Part shown: one piece after another, positions 1 to 10,768 of the stretch
Position numbering within the stretch: the stretch's first letter is position 1
Layout of the letters: every line of letters begins with the position of its first letter
Source: an uncultured Bacilli bacterium
GTDB taxonomy: Bacteria > Bacillota_I > Bacilli_A > RF39 > UBA660
DNA length: 64,000 nucleotides
NCBI GenBank assembly: GCA_947629025.1
Contig: CANRCC010000002.1
Span: 5,041 to 69,040, forward strand
Direction: 5' to 3'
Notes under the pieces: model-generated
What the model saw: the letters and a program-made list of their open reading frames with translations, nothing else
Database searches by the model: none
What the model was told of the DNA's origin: nothing
Program-made: the position numbers and the translations under genes

Positions 1-155
1 TTATTTAGATAATTAATAATATTATCAAATCTTTCATGCGATATATCTCCTGTGTTTTTATCTAAAACAAGTAATTTAGAATGATCTCTTTCTTTTAGGG
101 GTGTTTGCGCAATTAATTCTTCTGGTAAATAGTAGTCAAAATCACTTGTTTTCAT
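1..155 (-). CDS. queA: S-adenosylmethionine:tRNA ribosyltransferase-isomerase, N-terminal part (runs off window)
   Basis: Manual translation from ATG at 155: [33 protein letters not shown], the canonical QueA N-terminus. ATGA overlap with the upstream ORF; ruvAB-queA synteny. Confidence 0.93.
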   Translation of the reverse strand, partial: MKTSDFDYYLPEELIAQTPLKERDHSKLLVLDKNTGDISHERFDNIINYLN

Positions 156-1090
156 AATTTCATACCTCCATTATTTTCATCTTTCTTATATATTTTTTCT
201 AAATCATCTATATCTATATTATTAATATTTTTAAATAATAACATAGATTCCATAGTTTCTTTATCAATTTTTTCTAAATCATCAGAAAAAGAAAAAATTA
301 TATCTACTAAATCTGATAACAATGATATTTCTTTAATTAATGTATTACTTATACTTCTTATTTTTATAACTAATTGTATAAATTTGTATTTTATATCATC
401 ACTATATGTTTTTATTAGTAAAATTGAATCAATATTATCAACTATATGTTGATCAATCTTATCAAAAAAGAATGCGATTTGATTTAAATAATAATTATGA
501 ATATTATCTATTGTATAAATTGATAACTCCATATCATCTTTATTATCATCATTATATATTAAATATATATCAAGTATATTTTTACCATTATTTAATGCAT
601 CTATTATATCAACCATTAAAACTTTCTTATCTTTTTTTTCATTATTAATTATTTTTTTAATTCCAGTATTTGATAAAGTATTAGCTATATCTAAATATGA
701 TTTTGGATTTATTTCATCCATTTCACAAAAAGATTTTAGTATAACTGATAAATATTCATCATCATTTATAAATATCTTTCCTTTTGATTTAAATGCTAAG
801 TAAAAATATTCAAGCATCAAATAATATTTATTTGAATCATCTTCATCATATGTTACTTTATCAAAATTACTAATAAATCTATCAATTAATTTACTAGATA
901 ATAATCTTTTATTTTCATTCAAATATAATTCTTTTAAAAAGTCATATAATATTTTAAAATTATCATCAAGTAATTCTTTATTTTTAGTTTCAAACTTTTT
1001 TATGTCATTATATGATTTTTTTATTAATTCATCTAATTTTTCATTTTTACTATTCTTTTTAAGTTCATTAAAATCAACTATATTACCCAT
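152..1090 (-). CDS. hypothetical protein (312 aa, acidic/helical) inserted between ruvB and queA
   Basis: Long ORF translationally coupled to queA; no recognisable motif. Confidence 0.75.
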   Translation of the reverse strand: MGNIVDFNELKKNSKNEKLDELIKKSYNDIKKFETKNKELLDDNFKILYDFLKELYLNENKRLLSSKLIDRFISNFDKVTYDEDDSNKYYLMLEYFYLAFKSKGKIFINDDEYLSVILKSFCEMDEINPKSYLDIANTLSNTGIKKIINNEKKDKKVLMVDIIDALNNGKNILDIYLIYNDDNKDDMELSIYTIDNIHNYYLNQIAFFFDKIDQHIVDNIDSILLIKTYSDDIKYKFIQLVIKIRSISNTLIKEISLLSDLVDIIFSFSDDLEKIDKETMESMLLFKNINNIDIDDLEKIYKKDENNGGMKL

Positions 1091-1111
1091 AACAACACTT
1101 CCAATATATAT

Positions 1112-2116
1112 TTAATCAAATAATCCCTCTTGATGTACAATACCTAAATGTTCATATGCTTTTTTAGTAACAACTCTACCTCTATTAGTTCTTTTTAAAT
1201 ATCCATTTTGAAGAAGATAAGGTTCATATACATCTTCAATTGTACTTGCTTCTTCTCCTATTGATGATGCAAGTGCATCAATACCAACAGGTCCACCATT
1301 AAATTTATATATTATAGCTTTAAGCAAATTATGATCTGTATCATCAAGTCCCTCTGAATCAACTTTTAATCTATCAAGAGATGTTTTAGTTATATCTATA
1401 TCAATAATTCCATTACCATTAACAAGAGCAAAATCTCTTACTCTTTTTAATAAACGATTAGCAATTCTAGGAGTACCTCTTGCTCTTTTAGCAAGTTCAA
1501 GTGCTGCTTCTTCTTCTATTTCTACATCAAATACATTAGCAGTTCTCTTTATAATTGTTGTTAAATCTTTAATTGTATAATATTCAAGTTTTGATATTAT
1601 TCCAAATCTATCTCTTAACGGTGATGTTAAATCACCTACTCTTGTAGTTGCACCAACAAGTGTAAAAGGAGGTAAATCTATTTTAATACTTCTACTTGAT
1701 CCATCATTTCCAATTATTATATCTAAAGTAAAATCTTCCATAGCAGAATAAAGTACTTCTTCTATTACCCTAGGCATTCTATGTATTTCATCAATAAAAA
1801 GTACATCCCCCTCTTCTAAGGATGATAAAATTGCTGCTAAATCACCTGTTTTTTCTATTGCTGGACCACTAGATGTTTTAATATTTTTACCAAGTTCATT
1901 TGAAATTATATAAGCAAGTGTTGTTTTTCCAAGTCCAGGTGGACCATATAACAATGTATGATCTAATGGTTCATCTCTTAATTTAGCTGCTTCAATAAAT
2001 ATTTTCATATTTTCTTTAACATCATCTTGACCAATATATTCTTTTAAATATTGTGGTCTTAATGAAAGCTCATAATCATCTTCAATTTGTTTTTCTTCAT
2101 CTAATAATCTTTCCAT
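1112..2116 (-). CDS. ruvB: Holliday junction branch migration helicase RuvB
   Basis: SLRPQ, Walker [28 protein letters not shown]. Confidence 0.99.
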   Translation of the reverse strand: MERLLDEEKQIEDDYELSLRPQYLKEYIGQDDVKENMKIFIEAAKLRDEPLDHTLLYGPPGLGKTTLAYIISNELGKNIKTSSGPAIEKTGDLAAILSSLEEGDVLFIDEIHRMPRVIEEVLYSAMEDFTLDIIIGNDGSSRSIKIDLPPFTLVGATTRVGDLTSPLRDRFGIISKLEYYTIKDLTTIIKRTANVFDVEIEEEAALELAKRARGTPRIANRLLKRVRDFALVNGNGIIDIDITKTSLDRLKVDSEGLDDTDHNLLKAIIYKFNGGPVGIDALASSIGEEASTIEDVYEPYLLQNGYLKRTNRGRVVTKKAYEHLGIVHQEGLFD

Positions 2117-2124
2117 ACTGCCTC

Positions 2125-2676
2125 CTATTTTAACATTAATTTTAATGCTTCTTTTATTTTTTGTTCAATTGGAATATCTTTTGGTACATTTTTAATAACT
2201 TTATTTATATCATTAGTCTTATATCCAAGAGCCTTTAGGGCACCAACAAGTTCATCATCTACTATATTAACATCATCTTTCTTACTAACTAATTTTCCTT
2301 TTAAATCTAGTATTATTTGTCTTGCTACTTTATCTCCAATTTTAGGAAATTTTTTTAAATATAAAATATTTTCTCTTTCAATTGCATCTATAATTGATGA
2401 AAAAGATGATGTTGCAAACATAGGTATAGCCATTTTAGGACCTAGACCTTTAACACTAATTAATTTTAAAAATAAGTCTCTTTCTTCTTTAGTTTTAAAT
2501 CCAAATAATGAATCTTCATCTTCTCTTATATTTTCATATACATATACTTTATATTCTTCACCAATTTCAAAAGAATATGGATTTGCTACATATATCTTAT
2601 AACCTATATTTGAAACATTTACTACTATATATCCTGCATCTACATCATCTATAATACCTTTTATAAATTCGAACAT
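2125..2676 (-). CDS. ruvA: Holliday junction branch migration protein RuvA
   Basis: [16 protein letters not shown] HhH, ALKALGY; adjacent to ruvB. Confidence 0.97.
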   Translation of the reverse strand: MFEFIKGIIDDVDAGYIVVNVSNIGYKIYVANPYSFEIGEEYKVYVYENIREDEDSLFGFKTKEERDLFLKLISVKGLGPKMAIPMFATSSFSSIIDAIERENILYLKKFPKIGDKVARQIILDLKGKLVSKKDDVNIVDDELVGALKALGYKTNDINKVIKNVPKDIPIEQKIKEALKLMLK

Positions 2677-2705
2677 ATGTTATCACTCCTAAACTAATTA
2701 TAACA

Positions 2706-2735
2706 TAAAAAAACTATAATTTGTTAATTATAGTT
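2706..2735 (-). terminator. intrinsic terminator after small pilin-like gene
   Basis: AACTATAATT-tgtt-AATTATAGTT inverted repeat followed by a U-run on the minus strand. Confidence 0.6.
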
Positions 2736-2747
2736 AATATTTTTAAT

Positions 2748-2939
2748 TTAATTATTAACGCAAGTACCCTCACCTGGTTTAATACCATCTTTATATACTT
2801 TATCTACTGCTTTACATGATGCTTTTGTTACAAAATCTGTTAAATAACCACCAAACATTTTAATAATAAATATTGAAAAAATAGTTATTAAAGTTATTAT
2901 TAAAATATACTCAACAAATGTTTTTGTCTTTTTATTCAT
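2748..2939 (-). CDS. small membrane protein, Flp/type IV pilin-like
   Basis: Basic N-terminus, then TFVEYILIITLI (E+5/Y+6 pattern), one hydrophobic helix and two Cys; the -1 Gly is absent. Confidence 0.5.
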   Translation of the reverse strand: MNKKTKTFVEYILIITLITIFSIFIIKMFGGYLTDFVTKASCKAVDKVYKDGIKPGEGTCVNN

Positions 2940-3025
2940 TTAATCAGCTCCATTATCAAAGAAAAGTATACATTCTTTTTTTATATTTGTCAATTTATAA
3001 ATCAACTTAAATCTTTGATAATGTT

Positions 3026-3838
3026 TTAAATATTATGTTTCTTATTTATATTATCATTATATTCAAAATCTATTCTATCTTTATTAACTCCAAATCTAGC
3101 ACGAAGATATTTTTCCATACCAGGTGTATTCATCATACTTTTATATTCTTCTATTGATGGTTTTTCAATAGGTTTAACAAAATAATCTATATTAGAGAAA
3201 TCAGTACCTATATTAAAACCTGGCAAATTTCTTTCATTATTTTTGTATGGAATACTTATATATACATATAAATCTGGATATATATTTGAATTATTTGTAA
3301 CTTTCATAACATCTGGATAAACTCTTTCTTTAACGATTTTATCAGTATTCTCACTACCATCTTCCCATTTTTCTTGTTTTTCATAATATTCAATACCATT
3401 TAAGTCATATTTTTTTAATATTCTAATATATTCTGTTTTACTATAATTATCATTAGATTTTGTAGTAACATTACTTAATCCCTCATAATAAGAACTAAAA
3501 TCAATACCAAGATCTGTCATTTTTATACTAGTAGTTATAGTATTTTTCTTACTATCTTTACTAATATCATCTACAATTTTATCTAAAGTATCAGTTATTT
3601 GTATTTTCTTACTATCTTCTAATGTTAGTTTATAATAAATTTTATCTGAAGATTCTTTATTACTACTAACAATAATACTATTTTTATCTATATTTAAAGA
3701 GCAATCTTTAAAACTATTTATTCTAGATATAATATCATTAATAATTTCTTTAAAACTATTATTTTCTAACATACTCCTATCAATATTATTTTTAATAAAA
3801 AACCCTATTAATTGTTCGCTTTTAATTGACATAACCAC
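3026..3838 (-). CDS. hypothetical protein
   Basis: 270-aa ORF with AAGGAG RBS and upstream TTGACA; no motif recognised. Confidence 0.7.
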   Translation of the reverse strand: MVMSIKSEQLIGFFIKNNIDRSMLENNSFKEIINDIISRINSFKDCSLNIDKNSIIVSSNKESSDKIYYKLTLEDSKKIQITDTLDKIVDDISKDSKKNTITTSIKMTDLGIDFSSYYEGLSNVTTKSNDNYSKTEYIRILKKYDLNGIEYYEKQEKWEDGSENTDKIVKERVYPDVMKVTNNSNIYPDLYVYISIPYKNNERNLPGFNIGTDFSNIDYFVKPIEKPSIEEYKSMMNTPGMEKYLRARFGVNKDRIDFEYNDNINKKHNI

Positions 3839-3928
3839 TTCTCCTTATTATCTATATTTAAAATAGCATTTAATTTATATATTGTCAATGTTTTTGTAAA
3901 CTAGTATGTAAATAAAAAGAATAGATAA

Positions 3929-5197
3929 CTATTCTTTAAACTCAAATTCAAAATCAAGGATTCTAACAATATCTCCCTCTTTAATTCCCATTTCTTTTAA
4001 CTTATCATCTATTCCCATTTTTCTTAATTTATTAGAAAATCTTCTTACACCCTCATCAGTAAATTTAGTCATTCTTAATAATTTTTCTACTTTTTCTCCC
4101 TTAACTACATAAATATTATTTTCTTTTGTAATTTCAAATGGTTTTTCTTCTTTAAATTTATATAGAACATGACTTTCAAACTGATCTTCTTCATATATAG
4201 GATAACTTTCTTCTTCATCTAATTTATCTGCAATTGCACATAATACATCAGGTATACCATCACCGTTTATAGCAGATATTTCATATACTTTATCAGATAC
4301 TTTTTCTTTAAATTTCTTTAAATTTTCTTTTGCTGATTCCATATCCATTTTATTTGCAATTATTATTTGTGGTTTTTTTAATATTTTTGGATTAAATTCT
4401 TCAAGTTCTTTATTAATTTTAACGTAATCTTCATAAGGATCTCTACCCTCAATAGCACTCATATCTATAATATGCGCAATTACTCTTGTTCTTTCAATGT
4501 GTTTTAAAAATTGATCTCCAAGTCCATCTCCTTTTGATGCACCCTCAATAAGTCCAGGAAGATCTGCTGCGACAAAAACACGATTATCTTTAGTCTTAAC
4601 AACACCTAAATTAGGTGATAATGTTGTAAAATGATAAGCAGCTATTTTAGGTTTTGCTCTTGATATTTTTGATATTAATGTTGATTTACCTACACTTGGC
4701 ATTCCAACAAATCCAACATCTGCAAGTAATTTTAATTCTACTTTTAATTTTCTTTCTTCACCAGGTTCTCCATTTTCTGAAAAATTAGGTGCAGGATTAG
4801 TTGCAGTTGCAAATGCAGTATTTCCTCTTCCACCTCTTCCACCTTTAGCTACTACTACTTCATCATTTTCTTTTGTTAAATCTGCTAATATTAAGCCTGT
4901 ATCCATATCGGTTACTGTTGTTCCTTGAGGTACTTTAATTATTATGTTTTCTGCATTTTTTCCATTTTTATTACTACCAAGACCATTTGCGCCTTTATTT
5001 CCTTTTATTAATTTTTTATATCTTAAATCAAGTAGTGTCTTAAGTCCTAAATCAACTTTAAAAATAATATCTGCACCCTTTCCTCCATTACCTCCAAAAG
5101 GGCCACCCATAGGAATATATTTTTCTCTTCTAAATGCAGTACAGCCATCTCCACCATTACCTGCTTTTACATCTACTATTACCTCATCTACAAACAT
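3929..5197 (-). CDS. obgE: GTPase ObgE
   Basis: MFVDE..AGNGGDG..FRREKY.P.GGP, G1 GMPSVGKST, DLPG, NKMD, OCT C-terminal domain. Start placed at ATG 5197 after a GGAGGTGA RBS. Confidence 0.99.
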   Translation of the reverse strand: MFVDEVIVDVKAGNGGDGCTAFRREKYIPMGGPFGGNGGKGADIIFKVDLGLKTLLDLRYKKLIKGNKGANGLGSNKNGKNAENIIIKVPQGTTVTDMDTGLILADLTKENDEVVVAKGGRGGRGNTAFATATNPAPNFSENGEPGEERKLKVELKLLADVGFVGMPSVGKSTLISKISRAKPKIAAYHFTTLSPNLGVVKTKDNRVFVAADLPGLIEGASKGDGLGDQFLKHIERTRVIAHIIDMSAIEGRDPYEDYVKINKELEEFNPKILKKPQIIIANKMDMESAKENLKKFKEKVSDKVYEISAINGDGIPDVLCAIADKLDEEESYPIYEEDQFESHVLYKFKEEKPFEITKENNIYVVKGEKVEKLLRMTKFTDEGVRRFSNKLRKMGIDDKLKEMGIKEGDIVRILDFEFEFKE

Positions 5198-5221
5198 ATA
5201 ATTCACCTCCCTTTAGATAAA

Positions 5222-5860
5222 TTAATTTTTAAAGAATGCATCTACATAATATACTGGTCTATGTTCTTTAAAATATTGTTTTTCAAAATCAGTCATAACA
5301 TTTTCTATTTTTCTTTCATCTTTATGTAAATCTAAACTAACTTTATTAAAAGAATACCAATAATTACTTAAACTTTCAAGTGAAGATGCAAATAATATTT
5401 TATTATCAGTCTTTAAAATTATGTGCTTATCTTTTTTAAATATTCTATCATATAATTTTAGATAACTTTCATGAGTAAATCTTTTCTTTTCATCTTGTTT
5501 TTTAGGCCAAGGTTCTGAAAATGTTAGATATATAGTATCAATTTCTTTACCAAAATAATTAATAATATTTCTAGCATCTGCACAAATAATCTTTAAATTT
5601 TTTAAATTTTGACCTTTAATATTATTAATTGCAGTAGCAGTTTGTGACTTATCTAATTCTAGACCAATATAATTAATATTTGGATTATTTTTAGCCATTT
5701 GAATTATAAAACTACCTCTTCCCATACCAAGTTCTAAACATATCTTATTATTATTATTAAATAAACTAGACCATTTTCCTTTATAACTTTCAGGATTTTT
5801 AACAAGATAAGAACTATTTTCTATAATTTTTTCAGCATTTTTTACAACATTATAACGCAT
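5222..5860 (-). CDS. trmB: tRNA (guanine-N7)-methyltransferase TrmB family (divergent)
   Basis: LELGMGRGSF SAM motif, FSEPWPKK, KTDN. Start at ATG 5860 after GGAGTG. Confidence 0.85.
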   Translation of the reverse strand: MRYNVVKNAEKIIENSSYLVKNPESYKGKWSSLFNNNNKICLELGMGRGSFIIQMAKNNPNINYIGLELDKSQTATAINNIKGQNLKNLKIICADARNIINYFGKEIDTIYLTFSEPWPKKQDEKKRFTHESYLKLYDRIFKKDKHIILKTDNKILFASSLESLSNYWYSFNKVSLDLHKDERKIENVMTDFEKQYFKEHRPVYYVDAFFKN

Positions 5861-5910
5861 AATTTCACACTCCAATTTATATATAAAAAATATCATCACA
5901 TAGATGATAT

Positions 5911-6198
5911 TTAAATTTCTTCATATACACTAACTTGTTTTTTATCTCTACCTTTACGTTCAAATTTAACATAACCATCAATTTTAGCAAATAAAGTGTG
6001 ATCTACACCCATACCAACATTTTTACCAGGATAAATTCTTGTTCCTCTTTGACGATATATAATTGAACCAGCTTGGATAAATTGTCCATCAGCTGCTTTT
6101 GCACCTAATCTTCTACCTGCTGAATCACGACCATTATGTGTTGATCCTTGTGCCTTAACGTGGGCAAATTTTTGTATATTTAAAATCAATTTAATCAT
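5911..6198 (-). CDS. rpmA: 50S ribosomal protein L27 with Prp-cleaved N-terminal extension
   Basis: GST.NGRDS.GRRLGAK..DGQ, RQRGT; extension LNIQKF|AH. Confidence 0.98.
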   Translation of the reverse strand: MIKLILNIQKFAHVKAQGSTHNGRDSAGRRLGAKAADGQFIQAGSIIYRQRGTRIYPGKNVGMGVDHTLFAKIDGYVKFERKGRDKKQVSVYEEI

Positions 6199-6203
6199 AT
6201 AGT

Positions 6204-6497
6204 TTACCTCCTTAATATTTTAATATTTTTAGGATAATCTTTTTCAAGACTTTCTAACATGAATACCATATTATTTATAAGTTTCTTGACAATTTCATTT
6301 TCATTTAATAATTCAACTATTATTTTATTATCTAAATCTTCATAATTAATTGAATCACTATCAATTTCTAATATAGCATTAATTGTAGTTATTACTATCG
6401 AACTAACTGATGCACACACAATATCTTTTCCAATTTCATCATAATAAGCATGCCCAGATATCTCTATTTTATTATTATCTAACTTTACTTTAATCAT
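6204..6497 (-). CDS. prp: ribosomal-processing cysteine protease Prp
   Basis: SGHA...[10 protein letters not shown]; located between rplU and rpmA. Confidence 0.95.
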   Translation of the reverse strand: MIKVKLDNNKIEISGHAYYDEIGKDIVCASVSSIVITTINAILEIDSDSINYEDLDNKIIVELLNENEIVKKLINNMVFMLESLEKDYPKNIKILRR

Positions 6498-6503
6498 AAC
6501 TAA

Positions 6504-6800
6504 TTATTTTATTGATTTGATAACTACCTTAGTATATGGTTGTCTATGACCTTGTGTTTTATGATAGTTTTTCTTTTGATTATATTTAAATATAACTACT
6601 TTTCTTTGCTTTCCTTGCTTAACAATTTCACCAACAACTTTTGCATCACTAACATAAGGGTTACCAACTTTACCATCTAAGTAAACAACTTTATCAAATG
6701 TTACTTTATCTTTAGGCATTCCAGGAACTTTTTCAATATAAATCTCCATTCCTTCTTCTACAGAATATTGTTTACCACCAGTTTCAATAATTGCTTTCAC
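6504..6800 (-). CDS. rplU: 50S ribosomal protein L21
   Basis: [20 protein letters not shown]. Confidence 0.98.
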   Translation of the reverse strand: MKAIIETGGKQYSVEEGMEIYIEKVPGMPKDKVTFDKVVYLDGKVGNPYVSDAKVVGEIVKQGKQRKVVIFKYNQKKNYHKTQGHRQPYTKVVIKSIK

Positions 6801-6825
6801 TAAGTATACCTCCTTTATTAATTAT

Positions 6826-6890
6826 TCTAAGACTCGCCATTAAGGTGCATATAAATGCTTATAACCTTTTCAGTGCGGTTGTAGAGCCAA
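6826..6890 (-). promoter_or_regulatory. L21 leader RNA (ribosomal protein leader)
   Basis: Minus strand reads TACAACCGCAC...AAGGT...ACCTT.ATGGCGAGTCT, typical of the Firmicutes L21 leader, directly upstream of rplU. Confidence 0.8.
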
Positions 6891-6916
6891 ACTAAGAAGG
6901 CTTTACAAACATTAAG

Positions 6917-6946
6917 ATTTTACCATAAATTACATATAAATGTCAA
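6917..6946 (-). promoter_or_regulatory. sigma-A promoter of rplU operon
   Basis: TTGACA-N18-TAAAAT with extended TG. Confidence 0.65.
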
Positions 6947-7135
6947 TTGCTTTTGCATTATTTAACAAAATAAATAAAAAAATCAAATTATTGATTTTTT
7001 TTATTATCTTTAAGTATATATTTTGGTACATATGTATTTTGATTTACTTTTCCAATACTTAATTTTTTATTAAAATATTTTCATTGCTATTATCTAATAT
7101 AAATTATAACATACATAATAAAGAATATAAATTAC

Positions 7136-7744
7136 CTATAAATATTTGATTATCTCACTAATTTTCTTATAATCATTATATATAGGATCTTCAAAATACT
7201 GATCTAATGTATTACTTGGAATATCATTATTTATTTTAACTACTCTTGCTGGTATTCCAACAACAGTTGCATTTTTTGGTACCTCATTTAAAACTACTGC
7301 ACCTGCGCCTATTTTTGCATTTTCATTTACAGTAAATGAACCAAGTACTTTAGCACCTGCTGATATCATAACATTATCTTTAATAGTTGGATGTCTTTTT
7401 CCTTTTTCTTTTAATGTTCCGCCAAGTGTTACTCCTTGATATATAACAACGTTATTCCCTATTTGAGCAGTCTCTCCAATTACAACGCCAATACCATGAT
7501 CTATAAATAATCTTTTACCTATTTGTGCTCCTGGATGTATTTCAATTCCAGTTTTTCTTTTTGATTTTTCTGATATTAATCTTGCTAAAAAATAATGTTT
7601 TTTTATATATAAATAATGAGATATCTTATAATAAATCATTGCTTTAAAACTAGGATATAATATTGCTTCAAAACTAGATTTTATAGATGGATCTTTTTCT
7701 TTAATAACATCTATTTGTTCTTTTATAAATTTTATTACTTTCAT
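7136..7744 (-). CDS. cysE: serine O-acetyltransferase
   Basis: TGIEIHPGAQIG..LFIDHG.GVVIGET, GKRHPTI, VVGIPARVV. Start at ATG 7744 after AAGGGG. Confidence 0.93.
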   Translation of the reverse strand: MKVIKFIKEQIDVIKEKDPSIKSSFEAILYPSFKAMIYYKISHYLYIKKHYFLARLISEKSKRKTGIEIHPGAQIGKRLFIDHGIGVVIGETAQIGNNVVIYQGVTLGGTLKEKGKRHPTIKDNVMISAGAKVLGSFTVNENAKIGAGAVVLNEVPKNATVVGIPARVVKINNDIPSNTLDQYFEDPIYNDYKKISEIIKYL

Positions 7745-7795
7745 AAATAATTCCCCTTTATTTATATATATTCTTAAAATAAATATATTCATAAT

Positions 7796-7814
7796 AAAAA
7801 GGACTACTAGTCCT
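7796..7814 (-). terminator. intrinsic terminator of corA-family gene
   Basis: AGGACT-act-AGTCCT hairpin plus U-run on the minus strand. Confidence 0.6.
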
Positions 7815-8748
7815 AAAGTAATTTTTTCTTTTTTAAATAAATTGCAACTAAAAGTGATAATAGGCCTGAGAATGCTAATATTATTATAAATGCAGAACTC
7901 ATAGTAGATAATTTACCTAATTTTACATTCATTCCCATAAAAGATGCTATCATAGTTGGAACAGAAAATACAATTGTTATACTAGTTAATATTTTCATAG
8001 CTTGGTTTAAATTATTAGATATAATTGTTGCATATGCATCAGATACACTACTTAATATTTCTCTATATATATTAGCCATTTCTTGAGCTTGTTTATTTTC
8101 TATTTGGGCATCTTCTAGTAAATCTAAATCATCTTCATACATAGAAATAACATTACCTTTTGATATTTTTTCTATTAAAATATCATTTTCTTTTAGTGAT
8201 GTTATAAAGTATACTAAACTTTTTTCTATATTAAGTACACTTACAAGTTCATGATTCTCAGTAGAATTATATAATTTTTTTTCGCTTTTATCTATATTGT
8301 GATTAATCATTTTTAAGTATTTTAAATATAATTTTGCATTTTGATATAATATTTGTATTATAAATCTAGTTTTTAATTGTGTATTTACATCTTTTACAAT
8401 TCCTCTTTTAAAAAGTCTTAATACTTCTTGTTTTTTAGATGATATAGTTACTAAATAATTATTTTTACTAACTATAATACCAAGTGGTAAAGTAGCATAT
8501 CTATTATCTTTACCTTCAATATAAGGACAATCAACTACTATTAATGTTGAATTATCTTCAAATTCAACCCTTGGTATTTCTTCTTCATCTAGTAATTTTA
8601 AAATTAGATTTTTTTCTATTTTAGTATTTTCTACAACCTCTTCTATTTCTTCCATTGTAGGAGATACTAAATCTATCCAACAATTTTTTTCTATTTTATC
8701 TATTCTTACAATATTTTTTTCTTCATTAGTCTTATATATTTTAATCAC
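7813..8748 (-). CDS. corA: CorA-family magnesium transporter
   Basis: WIDLVSPT, N..MK.LT, PT.IASFMGMN signature, two C-terminal TM helices. Confidence 0.92.
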   Translation of the reverse strand: MIKIYKTNEEKNIVRIDKIEKNCWIDLVSPTMEEIEEVVENTKIEKNLILKLLDEEEIPRVEFEDNSTLIVVDCPYIEGKDNRYATLPLGIIVSKNNYLVTISSKKQEVLRLFKRGIVKDVNTQLKTRFIIQILYQNAKLYLKYLKMINHNIDKSEKKLYNSTENHELVSVLNIEKSLVYFITSLKENDILIEKISKGNVISMYEDDLDLLEDAQIENKQAQEMANIYREILSSVSDAYATIISNNLNQAMKILTSITIVFSVPTMIASFMGMNVKLGKLSTMSSAFIIILAFSGLLSLLVAIYLKKKKLL

Positions 8749-8863
8749 AATATCATCTCCAATACCCGTATTATAAATTTATTATAATACTTAATTTTAA
8801 AAATTGATACAAAAACCTTTAGATATATTACATATTTTTTATATAATGTCAAGTAAAAATTAG

Positions 8864-8885
8864 AAAAAGGACTAATATAGTCCTA
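8864..8885 (-). terminator. intrinsic terminator of spoIVB
   Basis: AGGACTA-ata-TAGTCCT hairpin plus U-run. Confidence 0.6.
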
Positions 8886-9863
8886 ATTCTCTGCTTCTTC
8901 TAGCATATTAGTTATAAATATACCATATCCTTTTGTGCAGTCATTTACTATTACATGAGTTACTGCACCAATTATTTTACCATTTTGAAGAATTGGTGAA
9001 CCACTCATACCTTGAATAATTCCACCTGCTTTTTCTAATAATTTTTCATCTGTTATAGTAAATACTATATTCTTAGTTGGATCTTTTTCATTTATATCAT
9101 CAATATTAATAGAATAAGATGTGATTTCTTCACCATCTAATACTGTAAATATATTTGCAGGTCCTCTTTTTATTTCACTAGGACTTGAAACTTCATATAA
9201 ATTACTATCATCTAAATTATTTGTATATGTACCAAATATTCCTCTAATTGTATTTTCATCTATTGTTCCATAATTTTTACTAGAATCTATTGTTGCTTGT
9301 TTTTCTCCAGGAGTACCATTGATTGATTTTGTTATTCCTGTTATATATGAATAATATATCGAACCATCCTCAGAGTTTAAAATATCACCTGTATTTTTAT
9401 CTAGTATTTCATGACCTAGCGCACCAAATTTTTTAGTTTCAGGATCAATAAAAGTTAAGGTTCCAATACCATTAATTGAATCTTTAACATATAGTCCGGT
9501 CTTAAGTTCACCATCTACTTGTGAAATATTTAATGTTGAATTATAAGTTTTATTTTTTCTAGTATATACTATATCAACACTTACCTTATCATCATCATTA
9601 TTTATTTCTTTTGTAAAATCTTCAACATTTCTTACAAAATCACCATTTACTTTTGTTATATAATCACCTGGTTTTAATCCTGATGATTCACCTATTAATT
9701 CATTGTTAACTTTATATAGTCCTACAACTAATATTCCGTTTGTTTTTACTTCTATACCTATATTTTGACCACCTACAATTAATTTGTTTGAATAAGCTAG
9801 TGTATTTATTGGTATAATAAGTAATGAAAGTAGAAGCATTAAAAAAATTTTTTTAAATTTCAT
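8883..9863 (-). CDS. spoIVB: SpoIVB peptidase (S55, PDZ domain)
   Basis: Signal peptide, PDZ (GLKPGDYITKVNG), GIGTLTF, ALGH, GGIIQGMSGSPILQNGKIIGAVTHV. Start at ATG 9863 after AAAGGAG. Confidence 0.95.
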   Translation of the reverse strand: MKFKKIFLMLLLSLLIIPINTLAYSNKLIVGGQNIGIEVKTNGILVVGLYKVNNELIGESSGLKPGDYITKVNGDFVRNVEDFTKEINNDDDKVSVDIVYTRKNKTYNSTLNISQVDGELKTGLYVKDSINGIGTLTFIDPETKKFGALGHEILDKNTGDILNSEDGSIYYSYITGITKSINGTPGEKQATIDSSKNYGTIDENTIRGIFGTYTNNLDDSNLYEVSSPSEIKRGPANIFTVLDGEEITSYSINIDDINEKDPTKNIVFTITDEKLLEKAGGIIQGMSGSPILQNGKIIGAVTHVIVNDCTKGYGIFITNMLEEAEN

Positions 9864-9971
9864 AATACTCTCCTTTGTAATTCGAATTACATTATTATTA
9901 TAAGTAAATATAACAAATATATAGCAATAAAAAAATACCAATTTTTTTACCATTTTATGGAATTTAAAAAA

Positions 9972-10517
9972 TTACTTTAATTGTAATTTTTTAATCATTC
10001 CAAATTTATCAAATGATCTTTTTTTAGTATTACTTAAATAATTATATACACACTCTATGCATGTTTGATAATTACAACATTCACTATTTACACAAATATG
10101 TTCTCTTAATATTTCATCAGCTTTTTCATCTATTGTTAACTTATTGTTAGAATGTATCTCATCTATTTCTTCATCAGTATATTTATAACCATATAATTTT
10201 TTACATTTTTCTTTTATCATTTTTCTTATTTGTAAATCACATCTATATGATATTTCACTATAATCTAAATTTTTATCTGTATTATAAAATGATGATAATG
10301 ATACTAATGATGATTTATTTAAATAAATTTCTACATTTGTTTTTGCAGATTTACCATCATTTTTTAAAGGATAAAAATTATTATTATTAAATACATAATA
10401 AGTATTATTATCTTTATTATAATAAATCTTTTTATATTCTACCTTTTTACCAACTATTTTACCATTTTTTCTATAAATTTTACTTATTTCTCCAACATAT
10501 ACATTTTTTACATCCAT
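9972..10517 (-). CDS. hypothetical protein with C-terminal Cys cluster
   Basis: 181-aa ORF with GGAGG RBS; motif HICVNSECCNYQTCIEC. Confidence 0.7.
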   Translation of the reverse strand: MDVKNVYVGEISKIYRKNGKIVGKKVEYKKIYYNKDNNTYYVFNNNNFYPLKNDGKSAKTNVEIYLNKSSLVSLSSFYNTDKNLDYSEISYRCDLQIRKMIKEKCKKLYGYKYTDEEIDEIHSNNKLTIDEKADEILREHICVNSECCNYQTCIECVYNYLSNTKKRSFDKFGMIKKLQLK

Positions 10518-10542
10518 ACTACTACAAAACCTCCATATTTTT

Positions 10543-10767
10543 TTAATCTTCTGATTTAAAATCTTCTAAAGTTCCATCTTCATTTAATACTTTATTAACT
10601 GCTTTTTGTGCATCATCTAGTTTCTTTGAACATTCTTTAGCTAATTTCATTGCTTCAGTATATTTATTAATTGCATTATCTAAATCTACATTACCTGTTT
10701 CTAATTCCTTTACTATATTTTCTAATTCATTTAATTTTTCTTCAAAATTTTTTTCAGTTTTTGCCAT
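10543..10767 (-). CDS. xseB: exodeoxyribonuclease VII small subunit
   Basis: FEEKLNELENIVKELETG...LD.AI..Y; follows xseA. Confidence 0.96.
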   Translation of the reverse strand: MAKTEKNFEEKLNELENIVKELETGNVDLDNAINKYTEAMKLAKECSKKLDDAQKAVNKVLNEDGTLEDFKSED

Positions 10768-10768
10768 A

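Noticed and set aside
7796-8885. AAAAAGGACTA...TAGTCCTA repeated on both sides of corA as possible mobile-element ends
   Set aside because: Both copies are simply explained as short terminators overlapping TAG stops of consecutive genes; there is no other mobility evidence.
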